Shown piece by piece: positions 43,410 through 45,427 of a stretch of 45,427 nt of DNA (its first letter is position 1; each line of letters starts with the position of its first letter). The position numbers and the translations under genes were made by a program. The notes below the pieces were generated by a model. The model had not been told where the DNA came from. It was given only the letters and a program-made list of their open reading frames with translations, and made no database searches. The DNA comes from Ilumatobacteraceae bacterium (lineage in GTDB: Bacteria > Actinomycetota > Acidimicrobiia > Acidimicrobiales > Ilumatobacteraceae), in the NCBI GenBank assembly GCA_007117775.1, contig SKFX01000039.1, positions 1 to 45,427 of the forward strand, in the 5' to 3' direction.

Positions 43410-45427
43410 TGGCGCCCCATTTCGGCTCGGGCGTCGATCTCGGCCAGTTCGGCTTCGACTTCGGCTTCGACATCGGCTCGGCTCAACAACGCGATCTCGA
43501 TCTCGTGCAAGTCGCCGCTGAACGCGAACGGCGCCGCGTACCGCGGTGACACCGCAGAGCCGTGGTCATGGCCGATGCTCGGCCCGACCGACGAGATCAT
43601 CTTCATGTACAGCCCGAGATCGGCACCGCCGGCGTCGCGTCCGTCGATGACGAGGTCGATGCGGCCCGCTGTGCCGGATCGGCGTCGGAACCGCGCCGTG
43701 ATCTCACAGTCGCCGACGGGCACCTCGAGGTTCGATTCGATGACGGTGTGGTCATCGAAGGCGTTGTAGTCGACCACCAGACGGTCGTGCTGGACGAACA
43801 CCGTGAACCCGGAGTTCTCGGTGCCGGTTGCGAACAGCACGCCTTCGTCACCGGCGCCGCGAGCAAGGCGTGCCGTCAGATCGAATGACCGTCCGCCGAT
43901 CGCAGCGGCGGCCTGGCCGGGCAGCGGTGACATCGGTGGCCGGTAGATGTAGCGACGCGACGGCCGATGCGGTGAATGGTCGCGAAAGCGCGCCCCGAAC
44001 AACTCGACGGTGCGGTCGTCGAGGGGCAGCACCCCGTGGCGTTCGGCCTCTGACCACCACAGTGCGATCAACTCGGCCAGGCGTTCGGGCTGCTCGGTGG
44101 CGAGGTCGCGGCATTCCGACGCGTCGGAGGCGAGATGGTAGAGCTCCCAGGCGCCTGAGCCCGGCGCGTCCTCGGCGTCGTAGTCGGCGCCGGCGAGATG
44201 GCGACAGACCGCCTTGTACTCACCGGCGACGATGGCGCGGCTGCCGGCCATCTCGAAGTACTGCAGTGTGTTGGCCGCCGGTGCATCGCGGTCTGCGAAG
44301 ACGTCGATGAAGGAGTGGCCGGTGATCGGCAACTGGGTGAGGCCACGGTGCGTCTCGGGGGCCTCGATACCGATCACGTCATAGAGCGTCGGGACGAGAT
44401 CGGCGACGTTGACGAACTGATGGCGCAGCGTGCCGGCCTCGGAGTCCGCGATGATCCCCGGGGCCGAGATGATGAGGGGGACGTGCACGCCGCCCTCATG
44501 GGTGTTCTGCTTGTACCACTTGAACGGGGCATTGCCGCATTGGGCCCAACCCCACGGATAGTTGGTGTGTGAATGCGGGCCGCCGATGTCATCGAGGCGC
44601 GCGACCGCCTCATCGGGGGTCTCGAGGATTCCGTTGAAGAACTTCATCTCGTGCAGCACCCCGAACGGGCCGCCCTCCTGGGAGGCGCCGTTGTCGGCCA
44701 ACAGCACCACCATCGTCGGTCGGGTCGCGACATCGTCGCGGGCGGCTCCGAGGCGTTCGAGGCCAGCGAGCAGCCGGCCGATCTGGTCGTCGGTGTGGTC
44801 CAAGAACGCGGCGAAGGCCTCCTGGAGGCGACAGGCGAGGCGTCGATGGTTCTCGCTCAGGTCCTCCCAGGCTTCGACACCGGGATTGCGCGGTGCCAGT
44901 TCGGTGCCCGGTGGGATCACGCCGGTGGCGAGTTGACGTTCATACCAGCGTTGGCGGATGGTGTCCCAGCCCTCATCGAAGCGGCCCCGGTACTTGGCCA
45001 GATACTCCGGTGGTGCCTGGTGCGGGGCGTGGGTGGCGCCGAAGGGCACATACAGCAACCACGGCCGATCCGGTCGCACCCCGACGGAGTCCGCCACCAT
45101 CCCAAGTGCCTGATCGACGAGATCCTCTGACAGGTGATAGCCGTCATCGGGGCCACCGGGCGGTGAGATCAGATGGTTGTCGGCGACCAGGTCGGGATGG
45201 AACTGGTCGGTCTCACCCTCCAAGAACCCGTAGAAGCGGTCGAACCCGCGTCCCAGTGGCCACTGGTCGAACGGACCTGCGGCCGAGCACCACTCCATCG
45301 GCGCCAGATGCCATTTGCCGACGCAGAACGTCGCGTAGCCATGGTCGCGCAGCACCTCGGCGACGGTCGCGGCATGGTTCGAGATATGGCCGAGCTGGTT
45401 CGGAAAGCCGGTGCGGAAGTTCGACAC
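43406..45427 (-). CDS. Arylsulfatase-family protein, partial; the N-terminus with the expected CxPxR site lies beyond the window end
   Basis: [26 protein letters not shown] and [10 protein letters not shown] are typical sulfatase motifs. The frame is open to the window edge. Confidence 0.8.
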   Translation of the reverse strand: MSNFRTGFPNQLGHISNHAATVAEVLRDHGYATFCVGKWHLAPMEWCSAAGPFDQWPLGRGFDRFYGFLEGETDQFHPDLVADNHLISPPGGPDDGYHLSEDLVDQALGMVADSVGVRPDRPWLLYVPFGATHAPHQAPPEYLAKYRGRFDEGWDTIRQRWYERQLATGVIPPGTELAPRNPGVEAWEDLSENHRRLACRLQEAFAAFLDHTDDQIGRLLAGLERLGAARDDVATRPTMVVLLADNGASQEGGPFGVLHEMKFFNGILETPDEAVARLDDIGGPHSHTNYPWGWAQCGNAPFKWYKQNTHEGGVHVPLIISAPGIIADSEAGTLRHQFVNVADLVPTLYDVIGIEAPETHRGLTQLPITGHSFIDVFADRDAPAANTLQYFEMAGSRAIVAGEYKAVCRHLAGADYDAEDAPGSGAWELYHLASDASECRDLATEQPERLAELIALWWSEAERHGVLPLDDRTVELFGARFRDHSPHRPSRRYIYRPPMSPLPGQAAAAIGGRSFDLTARLARGAGDEGVLFATGTENSGFTVFVQHDRLVVDYNAFDDHTVIESNLEVPVGDCEITARFRRRSGTAGRIDLVIDGRDAGGADLGLYMKMISSVGPSIGHDHGSAVSPRYAAPFAFSGDLHEIEIALLSRADVEAEVEAELAEIDARAEMGRQ

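Noticed and set aside
1-45427. Searched by eye for rRNA, tRNA, tmRNA, CRISPR arrays, prophage or integrative-element boundaries, toxin-antitoxin pairs and defence-system hallmarks
   Set aside because: None were found. Intergenic regions are short, no cloverleaf-like GC-rich ~75-nt islands were noticed, and every large ORF is assignable to metabolism or transport. A computational scan (tRNAscan-SE, Infernal, DefenseFinder/PADLOC) would be needed to exclude them formally.

Overview
This is a densely coding, visibly high-G+C segment that looks like Actinomycetota. G+C was judged by eye, by GC-rich third codon positions and by the many long spurious antisense ORFs; it was not computed. I can support 44 CDS. 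I found no rRNA, tRNA, CRISPR array, transposase or integrase. All product calls rest on motifs I recognise in the translations, not on database searches. The content is an accessory-looking catabolic patchwork. (1) Two 2-keto-3-deoxy-sugar-acid kinase/aldolase pairs (dgoK-dgoA and eda-kdgK) flank an M20 amidohydrolase. (2) An RraA-like/amidase operon lies divergent from a Tat-lipoprotein peptide-type ABC importer. The importer's second ATPase sits on the opposite strand with an aminotransferase. (3) A long minus-strand operon, mostly translationally coupled, encodes a Cys-Ntn hydrolase, an M81/MlrC-like peptidase, RidA, a 68-aa AtzG/GatC-like ORF, an AtzE-like amidase, a GntR regulator, a 2OG oxygenase, an orphan protein and YceI, followed by hydrolase-SDR-hydrolase. 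It is divergent from an ADH-SDR-epimerase-FAH operon. (4) A DUF885 protein is coupled to a serine hydrolase. (5) A secreted protein carries three tandem repeats of about 122 aa plus a DUF3048-like domain, next to a YdjC-like deacetylase. (6) Two PhyH-type dioxygenases sit in tandem. (7) A sulfatase-MBL-haloalkane dehalogenase-double DUF1330 operon ends the window. The best candidate for an undescribed system is (3), a heteromeric-amidase-centred catabolic divergon. At smaller scale, four intergenic AT-rich GAA..TATA..TTC palindromes stand out, one of them a perfect 16-mer. At least seven genes have a TANNNT hexamer 6-8 nt from the start codon, which suggests leaderless transcripts. There are also several short tandem repeats.
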